A stretch of DNA of 64,000 nucleotides from Chloroflexota bacterium (lineage in GTDB: Bacteria; Chloroflexota; UBA11872; VXOZ01). The notes under the pieces are model-generated. The model did not search any database. It was not told where the DNA came from and saw only the letters and a list, made by a program, of their open reading frames with translations. The stretch is from the NCBI GenBank assembly GCA_964291655.2, contig OZ219801.1:256001-320000 (forward strand), given 5' to 3'. The position numbers were made by a program, and so were the translations under genes. Positions 12,961 to 23,810 of the stretch are shown piece by piece. Positions within the stretch are counted from its first letter, which is position 1. Every line of letters starts with the position of its first letter.

Positions 12961-13272
12961 ATGGCGCAGCAAACCATCCGCATTCGACTAAAGGCTTTCG
13001 ACCACAAAGTCCTCGATCAGTCAGCGGGACAGATCGTGAGCGCGGCTCAGGGAACCGGCGCCAGAATAGCGGGGCCCATCCCTCTGCCAACCGAGATAAA
13101 CAAGTTCACGGTCATACGGTCCGCGTTCATCGACAAGGATTCACGCGAGCAATTTGAAATACGCACGCATAAGCGTCTCATAGACGTGCTAGAGCCGAAT
13201 GCAAAAACGATGGATGCCCTGCTGCGGTTAGAATTGCCGGCAGGTGTAGACATTGAAATGAAGTCAATGTAG
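12961..13272 (+). CDS. rpsJ: 30S ribosomal protein S10
   Basis: [30 protein letters not shown]. Confidence 0.98.
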   Translation: MAQQTIRIRLKAFDHKVLDQSAGQIVSAAQGTGARIAGPIPLPTEINKFTVIRSAFIDKDSREQFEIRTHKRLIDVLEPNAKTMDALLRLELPAGVDIEMKSM

Positions 13273-13285
13273 AGGTTTGCTCGGT

Positions 13286-13951
13286 ATGTCAATCGGTCTG
13301 ATCGGTAAGAAAATCGGAATGACGCAAGTATTCGACAGCGAGGGCGCTGCGGTGCCGGTTACGGCGGTGCAAGCTGGCCCTTGTACGGTCGTGCAAGTCA
13401 AGACTGCTGCGGGAGCGGATGGCTACAATGCCGTTCAGCTCGGCTTTGGTGAGAGGTTGAAGAAGATTTCAAGCCCTGCCCGCGGCCACGTCGAAAAGCA
13501 CCTTGGCGACGATGCGTCAGTCCCGCGCGATCTCCACGAATTTCGGGTTGCTGACCCCAGCGCGTATGAGGCTGGGCAAACGCTCGATGTTGAACTGTTC
13601 GCCGAAGGTCAGACTGTGGATGTTTCCGGCGTTTCAAAGGGTAAAGGGTTCGCCGGCGTCATGCGCAGGCACAATTTCAGCGGACAACAAAAGACGCACG
13701 GCCAGTCCGATCGATGGCGCGCCCCAGGCGCCGTCGGGATGGGCACGACCCCGGGCCGGGTGTGGAAAGGCCAGAAGATGGCCGGGCGGATGGGGCAGGA
13801 CCTCGTAACGGTGCAGAACTTAGAGGTCGTCAGAATTGTAGCGGATCAAGACATTCTGCTGATAAAGGGTGCGATTCCTGGTGGACCGGGTACCCTCGTT
13901 ACGGTTCGTCCGGCAGTGAAGTCTCCCGGATCCCCTCAAGCAAGCGAGTAA
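13286..13951 (+). CDS. rplC: 50S ribosomal protein L3
   Basis: GKKIGMTQVF, SKGKGFAG, KMAGRMG. Confidence 0.98.
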   Translation: MSIGLIGKKIGMTQVFDSEGAAVPVTAVQAGPCTVVQVKTAAGADGYNAVQLGFGERLKKISSPARGHVEKHLGDDASVPRDLHEFRVADPSAYEAGQTLDVELFAEGQTVDVSGVSKGKGFAGVMRRHNFSGQQKTHGQSDRWRAPGAVGMGTTPGRVWKGQKMAGRMGQDLVTVQNLEVVRIVADQDILLIKGAIPGGPGTLVTVRPAVKSPGSPQASE

Positions 13952-13957
13952 AACGCA

Positions 13958-14584
13958 GTGGACGTACAGATTCTCGACAATCAAGGTAAACCGACCGGAG
14001 AGACGACACTCCCGGATGCAATCTTCGGGGTAGCGCCGCAGCAGGCCCTCGTGCATCAAGCGGTCGTCCGCGATGAGGCCGGGCAGCGGCTTGGCACTGC
14101 CAGCACGAAGACCCGCAGCGACGTGCGGGGAGGCGGCCGAAAGCCCTGGCGTCAAAAGCACACGGGCAGGGCTCGGCACGGCAGCCGGCGATCGCCGATC
14201 TGGCGCACAGGCGGCGTAACATTTGGCCCGCACCCACGCGACTATCATCTTGCAATGCCGCGAAAGATGTGGCGCAAGGCAATGTTTTCTGCTCTGTCAT
14301 CTAAAGCGCAACTCAATCGGCTAATCGTAGTCGCTGAATTTCGGAGTGAGAAGATAAGCACGAAAGACCAGGTTGCGTTCTTGGATGTGTTGGGCGTTGA
14401 TTCCAGCGCTCTCTACGTGACGGAGGCGCCAACGGAAGAGCTCCTTCTCTCCATACGCAATGTGCCCGGCGTTGAAGTTGCAACGCCGAACACACTGAGC
14501 GTACGAGACGTGGTGGTATTTGACCACCTTATATTCGATACCGATGCCGTCGCCGCGTGCGAAGTACTCTGGGGACAATCATGA
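13958..14584 (+). CDS. rplD: 50S ribosomal protein L4
   Basis: GGGRKPWRQKHTGRARHGS; S10 operon order. Confidence 0.98.
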   Translation: MDVQILDNQGKPTGETTLPDAIFGVAPQQALVHQAVVRDEAGQRLGTASTKTRSDVRGGGRKPWRQKHTGRARHGSRRSPIWRTGGVTFGPHPRDYHLAMPRKMWRKAMFSALSSKAQLNRLIVVAEFRSEKISTKDQVAFLDVLGVDSSALYVTEAPTEELLLSIRNVPGVEVATPNTLSVRDVVVFDHLIFDTDAVAACEVLWGQS

Positions 14585-14868
14585 AGACTGCTCAAGAGAT
14601 TCTCATTAGGCCGCTCATTACCGAGAAGGGCACGCTGCTTGCGGACCAGAACAAATATCTCTTTGCCGTGGCACTCGATTCCACCAAGATCGACGTGCGC
14701 CGAGCGGTTGAACAGACATTTGACGTGACGGTGTTAGCCGTCAATGTTGTGAACGTTCCAGGTAAGGAGAAGCGGTTTGGCAGGCACCGTTACCGGACAC
14801 CGCGTTGGCGTAAGGCGATAGTGACATTGCAGCAAGGTCAGACAATTGACCTCTTCAGCGGCGTCTAA
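14581..14868 (+). CDS. rplW: 50S ribosomal protein L23
   Basis: PLITEK, KKAIV-like WRKAIVTL; ATGA overlap with rplD. Confidence 0.96.
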   Translation: MKTAQEILIRPLITEKGTLLADQNKYLFAVALDSTKIDVRRAVEQTFDVTVLAVNVVNVPGKEKRFGRHRYRTPRWRKAIVTLQQGQTIDLFSGV

Positions 14869-14881
14869 GGGAGGATAGGCA

Positions 14882-15712
14882 ATGCCAGTAAAATCTTATA
14901 AGCCCACCTCCGCCGGTCGGCGCGGCATGACTGCGGTAGCAAACGATGACATCACCAAGACGAAACCGGAACGGCAGCTTACGAAAGGCAAGAAGCAAAA
15001 GGCCGGACGCAATGTTTCCGGGAAGCTAACGGTTCGCCATCGCGGCGGCGGCCACAAGCGACGGTATAGGACTATCGACTTCAAACGTGATAAGATAGGG
15101 ATTCCTGGCACTGTAAAGGCGATTGAATATGACCCGAATCGAAGCGCTCGAATTGCGTTGATCGCATATCATGACGGAGAGAAGCGCTACATACTTGCCG
15201 CGGCCAGGATGAATGTCGGCGACACGATCGTAGCGGGGCCTGATGCGCCAATTAGTCCCGGTAACAGTCTACCGCTGGGGAGCATTCCGGCAGGTACGGC
15301 AGTGTACAATGTGGAACTTCGAGCCGGTCGCGGGGGACAGCTTGCGCGCAGTGCCGGTTCGTCTGTACAGCTCATGACGAAAGAAAGCGAATTTGCCGTC
15401 ATCAGAATGCCATCAGGAGAGATACGGCGCGTGCACTTGTCGTGCACGGCGACCGTCGGTCAGGCAAGCAATGTCGACCATATGGGTACCACTACCGGCA
15501 AAGCGGGACGGGCACGCTGGCGAGGTCGCCGTCCCACTGTTCGTGGTTCTGCCATGAACCCATCGGATCATCCTCACGGCGGCGGCGAGGGCAAAGCGCC
15601 CATCGGCATGCCGGGACCGAAGACCCCGTGGGGAAAGCCTGCGCTTGGCCTGCGTACACGCAAGCGCAAGCCTTCGGACAAGTTTATTTTACGGCGTCGA
15701 AGTTCACGCTAG
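14882..15712 (+). CDS. rplB: 50S ribosomal protein L2
   Basis: [21 protein letters not shown]. Confidence 0.99.
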   Translation: MPVKSYKPTSAGRRGMTAVANDDITKTKPERQLTKGKKQKAGRNVSGKLTVRHRGGGHKRRYRTIDFKRDKIGIPGTVKAIEYDPNRSARIALIAYHDGEKRYILAAARMNVGDTIVAGPDAPISPGNSLPLGSIPAGTAVYNVELRAGRGGQLARSAGSSVQLMTKESEFAVIRMPSGEIRRVHLSCTATVGQASNVDHMGTTTGKAGRARWRGRRPTVRGSAMNPSDHPHGGGEGKAPIGMPGPKTPWGKPALGLRTRKRKPSDKFILRRRSSR

Positions 15713-15727
15713 GGGGAGTTTCGCAGT

Positions 15728-16009
15728 ATGTCGCGGTCGCTAAAAAAAGGACCTTTTGTCGAGCCAAAACTGCTGAAACGGATTCAGACCATGAACGATA
15801 GCGGTCAAAAGCGCGTGCTGCGCACATGGTCGCGAGCGTCTACGATCTTTCCCGATATGGTTGGGCACACAATCGCCGTACATGACGGCAGACGGCACGT
15901 ACCGGTCTACATTACTGAGAACATGGTAGGACACAAATTGGGTGAATTTGCGCCGACCCGGCACTTTCGCGGCCATTCGCGCGAAGATCGGGCGACCCAA
16001 ATTCGCTAG
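15728..16009 (+). CDS. rpsS: 30S ribosomal protein S19
   Basis: [21 protein letters not shown]. Confidence 0.99.
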   Translation: MSRSLKKGPFVEPKLLKRIQTMNDSGQKRVLRTWSRASTIFPDMVGHTIAVHDGRRHVPVYITENMVGHKLGEFAPTRHFRGHSREDRATQIR

Positions 16010-16027
16010 GAGCTGAGGACAGTACGG

Positions 16028-16381
16028 ATGCAAGTACGAGCAACGGCAAAATATCTACGCGTGTCGCCACGCAAAGCACGGCGCGTCGCCGCTACGGTGA
16101 CCGGCAGGCCTGCTGGAGAAGCACTGGCGATCTTGCGTTTCTTGCCAAGTCCAACCGCGCGCACGCTCGCGAAGGTCGTGCGCTCCGCCGTCGCAAACGC
16201 GGAAAATACCCATAATTTGGATCCGTCTGGATTGACGGTTGCAAACGTACTCGTAGACAAGGGCCCGGCATTCAAGCGGATCGATCCAAAGTCACGAGGC
16301 CAATGGGGCCTCTTGAAGCGGCGCACAAGCCACGTAACCGTAATCGTGGAAAACGAGGAGAACCTGAGCAGTGGGGCGTAA
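16028..16381 (+). CDS. rplV: 50S ribosomal protein L22
   Basis: SPRKAR, SAVANAE, RTSHVTV. Confidence 0.97.
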   Translation: MQVRATAKYLRVSPRKARRVAATVTGRPAGEALAILRFLPSPTARTLAKVVRSAVANAENTHNLDPSGLTVANVLVDKGPAFKRIDPKSRGQWGLLKRRTSHVTVIVENEENLSSGA

Positions 16382-17222
16382 AGTTCACCCAGTCGGATTT
16401 CGCTTGGGCTTCAACCGCACGTGGAGCAGCCGGTGGTATGCCGGTAAAGAGTATGCATCACTGGTCGAAGAGGATACTCGAATTCGCAAGATGGTCCTTG
16501 CGCAGTTCGACCAGCCACGTGCAGTCGCCACGAGTGGTAGGCGCTCGAGCATGGGAGCCGGTATTTCGCAGGTCGATATAGAGCGAGCCGGAACTACCAT
16601 CAAGGTAGACATCCATACAGCGCGGCCAGGCATTGTCATTGGGCGCGGCGGGGCCGCTCAGGCGCAGTTACGCAAGGACCTGCGCGAGCTCACGGGCAAG
16701 AACGTTCGGACAAACATTATCGAAATAAGACAGCCGGAGACCAATGCATTCCTCGTAGCCCAGGCAGTAGCAGAACAGCTACAGCGGCGCGTTTCGCCCC
16801 GCCGAGCAATTAAAATGGCTGCCGATCGCGTGGTGCGATCCGGAGCAATCGGGGTGAAGCTAATGGTTGGCGGTCGCCTTGGCGGCGCTGAAATGTCACG
16901 GAGTGAAAAGGAAATTCGGGGAACGGTGCCGCTGCAGACGCTGCGAGCCAACATTGACTACGGCTTTACGCAAGCTGCAACAACCTACGGAATTCTGGGC
17001 GTGAAGGTGTGGATCTATACCGGGGACCTAACCCCAGAGGAATTCTATGCTCGGCAGGAAGCAGCCACGCCGGAAGAGACCCCATCGCCGCCGCCCCGAC
17101 GACGACGGCGGCGCCCGCGGCGCGTTTCGGACCGCTCTTCGGACAGAGGCGGCGATCAGGGAAACCGACAGCGGCGCCCTCCAAATGACCGGAATGCCAG
17201 TGCTAATGGACCGAGCGAGTAA
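16371..17222 (+). CDS. rpsC: 30S ribosomal protein S3 with C-terminal extension
   Basis: [38 protein letters not shown]. Confidence 0.98.
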   Translation: MGRKVHPVGFRLGFNRTWSSRWYAGKEYASLVEEDTRIRKMVLAQFDQPRAVATSGRRSSMGAGISQVDIERAGTTIKVDIHTARPGIVIGRGGAAQAQLRKDLRELTGKNVRTNIIEIRQPETNAFLVAQAVAEQLQRRVSPRRAIKMAADRVVRSGAIGVKLMVGGRLGGAEMSRSEKEIRGTVPLQTLRANIDYGFTQAATTYGILGVKVWIYTGDLTPEEFYARQEAATPEETPSPPPRRRRRRPRRVSDRSSDRGGDQGNRQRRPPNDRNASANGPSE

Positions 17223-17230
17223 AGCCAACC

Positions 17231-17653
17231 ATGTTGATGCCTAAACGAACAAAACACCGAAAAATGCATCGCGGTCACCGCCGTGGCAAGGCATTTCGAG
17301 GATCCACGCTCGCTTTTGGCGATTTCGCTCTTCAAGCGCTCGAAGGAGGCTGGGTTGACAATCGTCAAATCGAAGCAGCGCGACGTGCGGTTACGCACCA
17401 TATCCGCCGCGGCGGGCAAATGTGGATTCGCATATTCCCCGACAAGGGACTGAGCAAGAAGCCGGTTGAAGTACGAATGGGGGGCGGCAAAGGTCCACCG
17501 GAAGAGTGGGTAGCTATCGTAAAGCCCGGCCGCATTCTCTTTGAACTCACCGGAGTGCCGGAAGATGTAGCACAGGAAGCTATGTTGCGGGCCGCGCATA
17601 AGCTGTCTGTGAAGACGCGCTTCATATCACGGGAAACCCCAGAGATTATATAG
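17231..17653 (+). CDS. rplP: 50S ribosomal protein L16
   Basis: [15 protein letters not shown]. Confidence 0.98.
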   Translation: MLMPKRTKHRKMHRGHRRGKAFRGSTLAFGDFALQALEGGWVDNRQIEAARRAVTHHIRRGGQMWIRIFPDKGLSKKPVEVRMGGGKGPPEEWVAIVKPGRILFELTGVPEDVAQEAMLRAAHKLSVKTRFISRETPEII

Positions 17654-17674
17654 TAGGAAACGAGAACGTTACGG

Positions 17675-17878
17675 ATGACGAAACCAGCGGAATTGCGCGC
17701 ACTGAGTGCGGAAGACCTGCAAGAGCGGTTGGAAGAGGCACAAGAAGAGCTCTTCAGCTTGCGCTCCCAGCAGGCCACGGTGCAGATGGAAAACCCAGCT
17801 CGCTTTGGCATCCTATTTAGCGAAATTGCGCGTATTAAGACTATCTTGCATGAGAAAGCGCTCGGCATCACCAGCTAA
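17675..17878 (+). CDS. rpmC: 50S ribosomal protein L29
   Basis: ELR..S, ELFSLR, IARIKT; operon position. Confidence 0.93.
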   Translation: MTKPAELRALSAEDLQERLEEAQEELFSLRSQQATVQMENPARFGILFSEIARIKTILHEKALGITS

Positions 17879-17898
17879 TTGAGAGCAGAGATAAAGAT

Positions 17899-18216
17899 AT
17901 GACAGAAGCGTCGAAATCAACCGGTCGCCGGAAACAACGCAAAGGGATCGTCATCAGCGACAAGATGGACAAGTCCGTCGTCGTTGCAGTGATGCGCGTG
18001 CGCCGACATCCGTTGTATAAGAAGACCGTGCGCAGCACGAAAAAGTACCACGCGCACAGTCCTCAAAACGATGTCCACATTGGTGATCGCGTGCTCATCG
18101 AGGAAACACGACCCCTCTCTAAACGTAAGCACTGGCGGGTAGTAGAAGTGCTTGATAGAGGCGAGCAGGTGCCGTTGGCGGAGCCTGCAGACGTTCTCGC
18201 AGAGGCAGTGAAATGA
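17899..18216 (+). CDS. rpsQ: 30S ribosomal protein S17
   Basis: SDKMDKS, HPLYKK, ETRPLSK. Confidence 0.97.
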   Translation: MTEASKSTGRRKQRKGIVISDKMDKSVVVAVMRVRRHPLYKKTVRSTKKYHAHSPQNDVHIGDRVLIEETRPLSKRKHWRVVEVLDRGEQVPLAEPADVLAEAVK

Positions 18217-18581
18217 TCCGAACAACATCAAGGCTACGAGTGGCCGATAACTCCGGCGCCCGCGAGATTATGTGTATCCGCGTCCTGGGCGGTTCGCGGC
18301 GCAAGTATGGAGGCATCGGCAGTATCGTAGTGGCTTCCGTGAAGGAAGCAGTGCCCCTCAGCCAAGTGCGCGAAGGCGAAGTTGTGCGCGCGCTCATTGT
18401 GCGTACGGCGAAGGAGTATCGGCGTACCGATGGATCGAGCATTCGGTTTGACGACAATGCCGCCGTGCTCTTAGGCCCCCAGAACATGCCCCGGGGCACG
18501 CGCATCTTTGGGCCCGTCGCCAGAGAATTGCGAGAGATGGGCTTCATGCGCATCATCTCCCAAGCGCCGGAGGTCCTCTAG
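18213..18581 (+). CDS. rplN: 50S ribosomal protein L14
   Basis: [22 protein letters not shown]. Confidence 0.98.
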   Translation: MIRTTSRLRVADNSGAREIMCIRVLGGSRRKYGGIGSIVVASVKEAVPLSQVREGEVVRALIVRTAKEYRRTDGSSIRFDDNAAVLLGPQNMPRGTRIFGPVARELREMGFMRIISQAPEVL

Positions 18582-18584
18582 ATC

Positions 18585-18905
18585 ATGCAGCGAATTCACT
18601 CTGGCGATCAGGTGGAAGTTACCGCCGGCAAGGACCGCGGCAAGCGAGGCCGCGTGATGCGGGTAATCAATGCGGACCATGCCGTTGTGGTAGAGGGCGT
18701 CAATGTCGTCAAACGCCACCAGCGGCCGATGCCGCCAATGCAACCGGGAGGCATCATCGAGATGCCGGCTCCATTGGCAGAATCGAACTTGATGGTGGTG
18801 TGCCCGCATTGCGACCAGGCAACGCGCGTTGGCTATCGCATCCTCGACGACGGCAGCAAGGGACGCTTGTGTAAGCATTGCCAAGAGATCATTGGCCAAG
18901 AGTAA
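18585..18905 (+). CDS. rplX: 50S ribosomal protein L24
   Basis: GDQVEV..GKDRGK KOW motif, VEGVN. Confidence 0.97.
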   Translation: MQRIHSGDQVEVTAGKDRGKRGRVMRVINADHAVVVEGVNVVKRHQRPMPPMQPGGIIEMPAPLAESNLMVVCPHCDQATRVGYRILDDGSKGRLCKHCQEIIGQE

Positions 18906-18914
18906 GGACTATCC

Positions 18915-19484
18915 ATGTCGGAAAAAGCGCAGATGCAGCAGCTTTACGAAGGTGAAGTGCGACCGGCAATGGTCAAAGAGTTCGACTATGACTGCATTAT
19001 GCAGGTGCCGAAGATTACTAAGGTAGTAATAAACATCGGGCTCGGTGAAGCCTTGCTGGATGCCCGCGCTTTGGATAGTGCCGTAGGGGATCTTACGACG
19101 ATAGCCGGCCAAAAGCCCATTGTGACGCGGTCGAAGAAGAGCATTGCCAACTTTAAGCTGCGGGAAGACCAAGCAATTGGCGCGAAAGTTACCTTACGCC
19201 GTACCAGGATGTACCACTTTCTCGAGAAGCTATTCAATGTCGTCTTTCCGCGAATCCGCGACTTTCGAGGGGTGTCGCCCAACGCATTCGACGGCCGGGG
19301 CAACTACTCAGTTGGCCTCCGCGAACAGCTTGTGTTCCCGGAGATTGACTACGACAAAGTCGACCGTGTCCGCGGGTTGGAAATAACCATTGTCACATCA
19401 GCGCAGACCGACGAGGAATCTCGCTTCCTACTAGGGGCACTCGGCATGCCGCTAGCCCAGGAAGCCAGCCAATTAGCGAGCTAG
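18915..19484 (+). CDS. rplE: 50S ribosomal protein L5
   Basis: [19 protein letters not shown]. Confidence 0.98.
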   Translation: MSEKAQMQQLYEGEVRPAMVKEFDYDCIMQVPKITKVVINIGLGEALLDARALDSAVGDLTTIAGQKPIVTRSKKSIANFKLREDQAIGAKVTLRRTRMYHFLEKLFNVVFPRIRDFRGVSPNAFDGRGNYSVGLREQLVFPEIDYDKVDRVRGLEITIVTSAQTDEESRFLLGALGMPLAQEASQLAS

Positions 19485-19497
19485 GAGACGCAGTCCC

Positions 19498-19707
19498 GTG
19501 GCGAAGCAGTCCAAAATAGCCAAGTGGCGAAAACAGCGAAAATTGCTGGAACAAGGCCGTATGAAACATCCAGTGAAATTTCGCAACCGCTGCTATCAGT
19601 GCGGACGTCCTCGAGCCTACATGCGCAAGTTCGGGCTCTGCCGTATCTGCTTCCGGGGAGCAGCGCTACAGGGCTTGCTGCCTGGTGTCACGAAGTCAAG
19701 CTGGTAA
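19498..19707 (+). CDS. rpsN: 30S ribosomal protein S14, zinc-binding type Z
   Basis: [26 protein letters not shown]. Confidence 0.97.
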   Translation: MAKQSKIAKWRKQRKLLEQGRMKHPVKFRNRCYQCGRPRAYMRKFGLCRICFRGAALQGLLPGVTKSSW

Positions 19708-19731
19708 TACACAGGCGAGAGAAACCTTACC

Positions 19732-20133
19732 ATGACCATGACCGATCCCATTGCCGACATGCTAACGCGGATCCGCAACGCCATACAGGCGCGGCATACC
19801 CACGTTACTATTCCGGCATCTAAGATGAAGTCCGCAATCCTTGCCATCCTTGAAAAGGAAGGGTATATAGGTCAGTTTGAGGTTGTGGACCAACAGCATC
19901 CACAGGCCATGCTCAAGGTGAGTCTCAAGTATACTGACGAACGTGCGCCCGTGTTGCTTGGGTTGCGGCGGGTAAGCAAGCCCGGTCTTCGCGTATACGC
20001 AAGTAAGGATGAAATCCCACGTGTGATGGGCGGCATCGGCACCGTAATTCTATCGACTTCCTCAGGCGTCATGACCGGGCGAGAGGCCTGGCAGCGCAAA
20101 ATTGGCGGGGAAGTCCTCTGTTACGTCTGGTAA
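19732..20133 (+). CDS. rpsH: 30S ribosomal protein S8
   Basis: [30 protein letters not shown]. Confidence 0.99.
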   Translation: MTMTDPIADMLTRIRNAIQARHTHVTIPASKMKSAILAILEKEGYIGQFEVVDQQHPQAMLKVSLKYTDERAPVLLGLRRVSKPGLRVYASKDEIPRVMGGIGTVILSTSSGVMTGREAWQRKIGGEVLCYVW

Positions 20134-20144
20134 GGTAGGACTCA

Positions 20145-20696
20145 ATGTCTCGTGTTGGCCAACAACCAATCCCTATCCCGAGCGGCGTAGACGTCAACGT
20201 GCGTGCGTCCGACGTCCACGTAAAGGGACCCAAAGGCGAATTGCAGCTTGAGGCTGCGCCATCGATCAACGTGAAAGTTGACAATGGCTCGGTTCTTGTC
20301 GAACGATCGACGGAAAGCCGCGAAGTGCGCGCGCTGCACGGCCTGGTTCGCGCTCTCATTGCGAATATGGTGCAAGGTGTCACGCAGGGCTATCGAAAGA
20401 CGCTTGAGTTGCACGGAACCGGCTATCGCGCCCAACTTGCGGGCCGCAAACTGGTAATGCAACTCGGCCATTCACACCCTGATGAGTACTCGCCGCCGCA
20501 AGGTATAAACCTTGAGGTCGAAAACCCTACCACAATACACATTGAAGGCATTGACAAGAATCTGGTCGGGCAGGTTGCAGCGAATATTCGCGCTGCGCGG
20601 CCCGTGGAAGTCTACCTCGGTAAAGGCATTCGCTATCGCGGTGAGTACGTGCGCCGCAAAGCCGGTAAGGCCGGCAAGGTGGGCGCTGGCGAATAG
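20145..20696 (+). CDS. rplF: 50S ribosomal protein L6
   Basis: MSRVG, KGPKGEL, GKGIRY. Confidence 0.98.
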   Translation: MSRVGQQPIPIPSGVDVNVRASDVHVKGPKGELQLEAAPSINVKVDNGSVLVERSTESREVRALHGLVRALIANMVQGVTQGYRKTLELHGTGYRAQLAGRKLVMQLGHSHPDEYSPPQGINLEVENPTTIHIEGIDKNLVGQVAANIRAARPVEVYLGKGIRYRGEYVRRKAGKAGKVGAGE

Positions 20697-20765
20697 CGGC
20701 AGCCAAACTGGGGCGGCTGAGAGCATACGGTACGTTTTGCAAGAACATTTGACTAGGAATTCGCT

Positions 20766-21143
20766 ATGCGGTTGATGCGAGGAAGAAAATCACTGAGCGC
20801 GCGGGCGCGACGGCAGCGCAGGATTCGCGCCAAGATAAGCGGTGTAGCAGATCGCCCGCGTCTAAATGTCTTTCGCAGTAACCAGCACATTTATGCCCAG
20901 GTGATCGACGATACTTCCCATCACACGCTTGTGGCAGCTTCCACGCTTGATCCCGCGGTGCGCGAGGCGCTTGAAGCGAAACAGGCTAAGCGAGCGCAGG
21001 CCGCTGAGGTCGGCCGTGTGGTGGCTGAACGAGCACGAGACCAAGGCATAGAAACGGTAGTCTTCGATCGTGGAGGATATCGATACCATGGCCGGGTACG
21101 TGCCCTTGCGGAAGCGGCCCGAGAAGCAGGACTAAAGTTCTAA
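20766..21143 (+). CDS. rplR: 50S ribosomal protein L18
   Basis: [21 protein letters not shown]. Confidence 0.98.
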   Translation: MRLMRGRKSLSARARRQRRIRAKISGVADRPRLNVFRSNQHIYAQVIDDTSHHTLVAASTLDPAVREALEAKQAKRAQAAEVGRVVAERARDQGIETVVFDRGGYRYHGRVRALAEAAREAGLKF

Positions 21144-21164
21144 TTGAGCGAGGCAAGGAATACT

Positions 21165-21755
21165 ATGCCAGAGAGCGTTTCCATCGATGCAGCGTCGTTG
21201 AATCTTGAAGAACGTCTCGTGAACGTCAACCGAGTCGCAAAGGTTGTGCGTGGCGGACGTACCTTTAGCTTTAACGCCGTGGTCGTGGTTGGCGACGGCG
21301 CCGGGCACGTTGGAATCGGCATTGGCAAGGCACGTGAAGTAGCGGAAGCAATCCGCAAAGGCGGAGAGAAAGCACGCAAAGCGCTCGTCCGCGTGCCGCT
21401 TGCAGGTACCACCATCCCCCATGACATCACCGCGAAATTCGGCGCCTCACGAGTCATGCTCAAACCTGCCGCGCCGGGTACCGGCGTGATTGCCGGCGGA
21501 CCGGTGCGCGCTGTCGTTGAGTCGGCAGGCGTACATGACATCCTTACCAAGTCGCTCGGTTCCAATAATGCAATCAATGTAGTGAAGGCAACGATGACGG
21601 CACTTGAGCAACTGCAGAGTCCGGATCAGGCATACTCACGGCTTGGCAGGCTCAGGTCCCCCCGACGGCGGCCGGCAGAAGAGGATACTATTTCCGCCCC
21701 CGCAGCCGTCGCCGTGGAACAAGCCGAAGAAGAGGACCAAGCAAATGGCGGCTAA
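21165..21755 (+). CDS. rpsE: 30S ribosomal protein S5
   Basis: [30 protein letters not shown]; ATG 21165 follows AAGGA. Confidence 0.98.
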   Translation: MPESVSIDAASLNLEERLVNVNRVAKVVRGGRTFSFNAVVVVGDGAGHVGIGIGKAREVAEAIRKGGEKARKALVRVPLAGTTIPHDITAKFGASRVMLKPAAPGTGVIAGGPVRAVVESAGVHDILTKSLGSNNAINVVKATMTALEQLQSPDQAYSRLGRLRSPRRRPAEEDTISAPAAVAVEQAEEEDQANGG

Positions 21756-21948
21756 GCCGAATTCGTCGAAGACGCTGCTCGTCACGTTGCGTAAGAGCGC
21801 TATCGGGTTTTCGAAGGACCAGAAGCAGACGGTAGCGGCCCTGGGGCTAACTAAACGAGAACAAACGGTTGAGCATAACGAGACACCGGCCGTGCGCGGG
21901 ATGATCAGGAAAGTCGCTCATCTCGTAGACGTCGAGGAAGCCTCGTAG
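21745..21948 (+). CDS. rpmD: 50S ribosomal protein L30
   Basis: [24 protein letters not shown]; between rpsE and rplO. Confidence 0.95.
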   Translation: MAAKPNSSKTLLVTLRKSAIGFSKDQKQTVAALGLTKREQTVEHNETPAVRGMIRKVAHLVDVEEAS

Positions 21949-21994
21949 ACGTCGGGGGAGTCCCCGTAGTCGTCGAGGAAACTGCGTAGACCTC
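21922..21994 (+). repeat. Degenerate tandem repeat, about 20-21 nt x 3.5, spanning the rpmD end and intergenic region
   Basis: CTCGTAGACGTCGAGGAAGC / CTCGTAGACGTCGGGGGAGTC / CCCGTAGTCGTCGAGGAAACT / GCGTAGACCTC. Confidence 0.75.
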
Positions 21995-22022
21995 TAAACG
22001 AACAGAACAGGACCAGACTCGC

Positions 22023-22466
22023 ATGGAAAAACATGCGCTCCGCTCGCCAGCCGGCGCAAATCAACGGCGCAAGCGCGTCGCGCGCGGTCATGGCGGACGC
22101 GGACACAAAACCGCCGGGCGCGGCACTAAGGGTCAGAAGTCGCGTTCCCATGCCGGAATCCCCGCGTGGTTCGAAGGCGGCCAGACGCCGTTTGTCAGAC
22201 GCTTGCCCCATCGTCGCGGGTTCAGCAATGCGCGTTTCCGCGTCGTTTATCAACCAGTCAATGTCGGCGACCTCGCACGTGCCTTCGCGGCCGGAGCTAC
22301 CATTTCTCCCGCAGATATGGTGGCGCAAGGCCTTGCCCGCTCCACGCAAGTCAAGGTACTTGGCGACGGCGAGATAACCCATCAACTTACCGTGCAGGCC
22401 CCCAGATGTTCCCAGGCCGCACGCGCTAAGATTGAGGCAGCTGGCGGCTCTGTAACGGAAGGGTAG
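22023..22466 (+). CDS. rplO: 50S ribosomal protein L15
   Basis: GRGTKGQKSR, FEGGQTP, VKVLGDG, KIEAAGG. Confidence 0.97.
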   Translation: MEKHALRSPAGANQRRKRVARGHGGRGHKTAGRGTKGQKSRSHAGIPAWFEGGQTPFVRRLPHRRGFSNARFRVVYQPVNVGDLARAFAAGATISPADMVAQGLARSTQVKVLGDGEITHQLTVQAPRCSQAARAKIEAAGGSVTEG

Positions 22467-22472
22467 CGCCGC

Positions 22473-23810
22473 ATGGCTGTATCAACCCCTTCACAAAAAT
22501 CTCCGTCCCTGATTCAAGCTGCCTACAACGCATTCAAGCTTCCCGATATTCGGCGCAAGCTGCTGTTCACGTTGGGCCTGCTCACCGTCTTTCGCTTCGC
22601 CGCGCACATCCCCGTGCCAGGTGTCGATCGACAAGCCCTAAGGGAACTTTTCCAGCAGCAACAGTTCCTTGGTCTGCTCGACATGTTTTCCGGAGGAGCC
22701 CTAGCGAACTTTTCCATCGTGGCAATGGGCGTGTACCCGTACATTACCGCGACCATCATCATGCAGCTCATGACTCCGGTAATTCCCCAACTCCAGGCTC
22801 TTTCGCGGGAAGGGGGTGAAAGCGGCCGCGCCCGCATGAATCAATACATGCGTATTGGAACCGTGCCGCTGGCCGTGCTTTCCTCATTCGGACAGGCGAC
22901 AATTTTTACCCAAATGGGCGTCATCCGCGGCTTCAATCTCTTCAACGGCCCGACATTCCTCAGCAGCCTCGCCCTCATCATTAGCATGACCGCAGGGACC
23001 ATGTTTCTCGTTTGGCTGGGCGAACTCATTACGGAGAACGGCATCGGTCAAGGCATTTCGCTCATTATCTTTGCCGGCATTGTTGCACGGTTACCCACCA
23101 CCATTGGACAAGCCATATTCGGCCAGACCGGCGGCACTGCGACACTGAGTCTCTTCATCATTGGCGCTCTTGCCATCCTCATTGTGGTCGGCATCGTTGT
23201 CATGTATGAAGCGCAGCGGCGGATCCCCGTACACTATGCCAAGCGTATGCACGGGCGGCGCCAATATGGTGGGCAAACGACCCACATTCCGCTCAAGATC
23301 AATTCCGCAGGCATGATTCCTTTGATCTTCGCCATCTCCTTCCTGATCTTTCCCAGCACGGTGGCCAGCTACTTCCAGGCGGCAGACGCCGGCTGGATAC
23401 GAAGCGTTGCATCCTTTGTCATTCGGGCCTTTGATCCGCAGGCTCCCCTCTACTGGACTCTCTACTTCATACTTGTCGTTGCCTTTACATTCTTCTACAC
23501 CGCCATCATCTTTCAGCAACAGAACATCCCTGAGGTCCTGCAAAAGAACGGCGGATTCATACCGGGCATTCGGCCCGGGAGGCCAACGGCCCAATACCTC
23601 AATAGCGTCATCTTTCGGATTACTCTCGCCGGTGCCTTCTTTCTCGGCCTTATCGCGGTGTCGCCGTTCCTCATTCAGGGTCTTACCGGCGTGCAGGCAC
23701 TCATTTTGAGCAGTACCGGCATGCTGATCGTCGTGGGCGTCGTGCAAGATACCATGAAGAATCTCGAGGCCCAGTTGCTCATGCGTCAGTATGAAGGGTT
23801 CTTGCGCTAG
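22473..23810 (+). CDS. secY: Preprotein translocase subunit SecY
   Basis: GVYPYITATII, WLGELIT, FIPGIRPG; multiple TM segments. Confidence 0.99.
   Translation: MAVSTPSQKSPSLIQAAYNAFKLPDIRRKLLFTLGLLTVFRFAAHIPVPGVDRQALRELFQQQQFLGLLDMFSGGALANFSIVAMGVYPYITATIIMQLMTPVIPQLQALSREGGESGRARMNQYMRIGTVPLAVLSSFGQATIFTQMGVIRGFNLFNGPTFLSSLALIISMTAGTMFLVWLGELITENGIGQGISLIIFAGIVARLPTTIGQAIFGQTGGTATLSLFIIGALAILIVVGIVVMYEAQRRIPVHYAKRMHGRRQYGGQTTHIPLKINSAGMIPLIFAISFLIFPSTVASYFQAADAGWIRSVASFVIRAFDPQAPLYWTLYFILVVAFTFFYTAIIFQQQNIPEVLQKNGGFIPGIRPGRPTAQYLNSVIFRITLAGAFFLGLIAVSPFLIQGLTGVQALILSSTGMLIVVGVVQDTMKNLEAQLLMRQYEGFLR

Noticed and set aside
21922-21994. Repeat array as a mini-CRISPR
   Set aside because: Units are contiguous with no spacers, degenerate and partly coding; no cas genes in the window.
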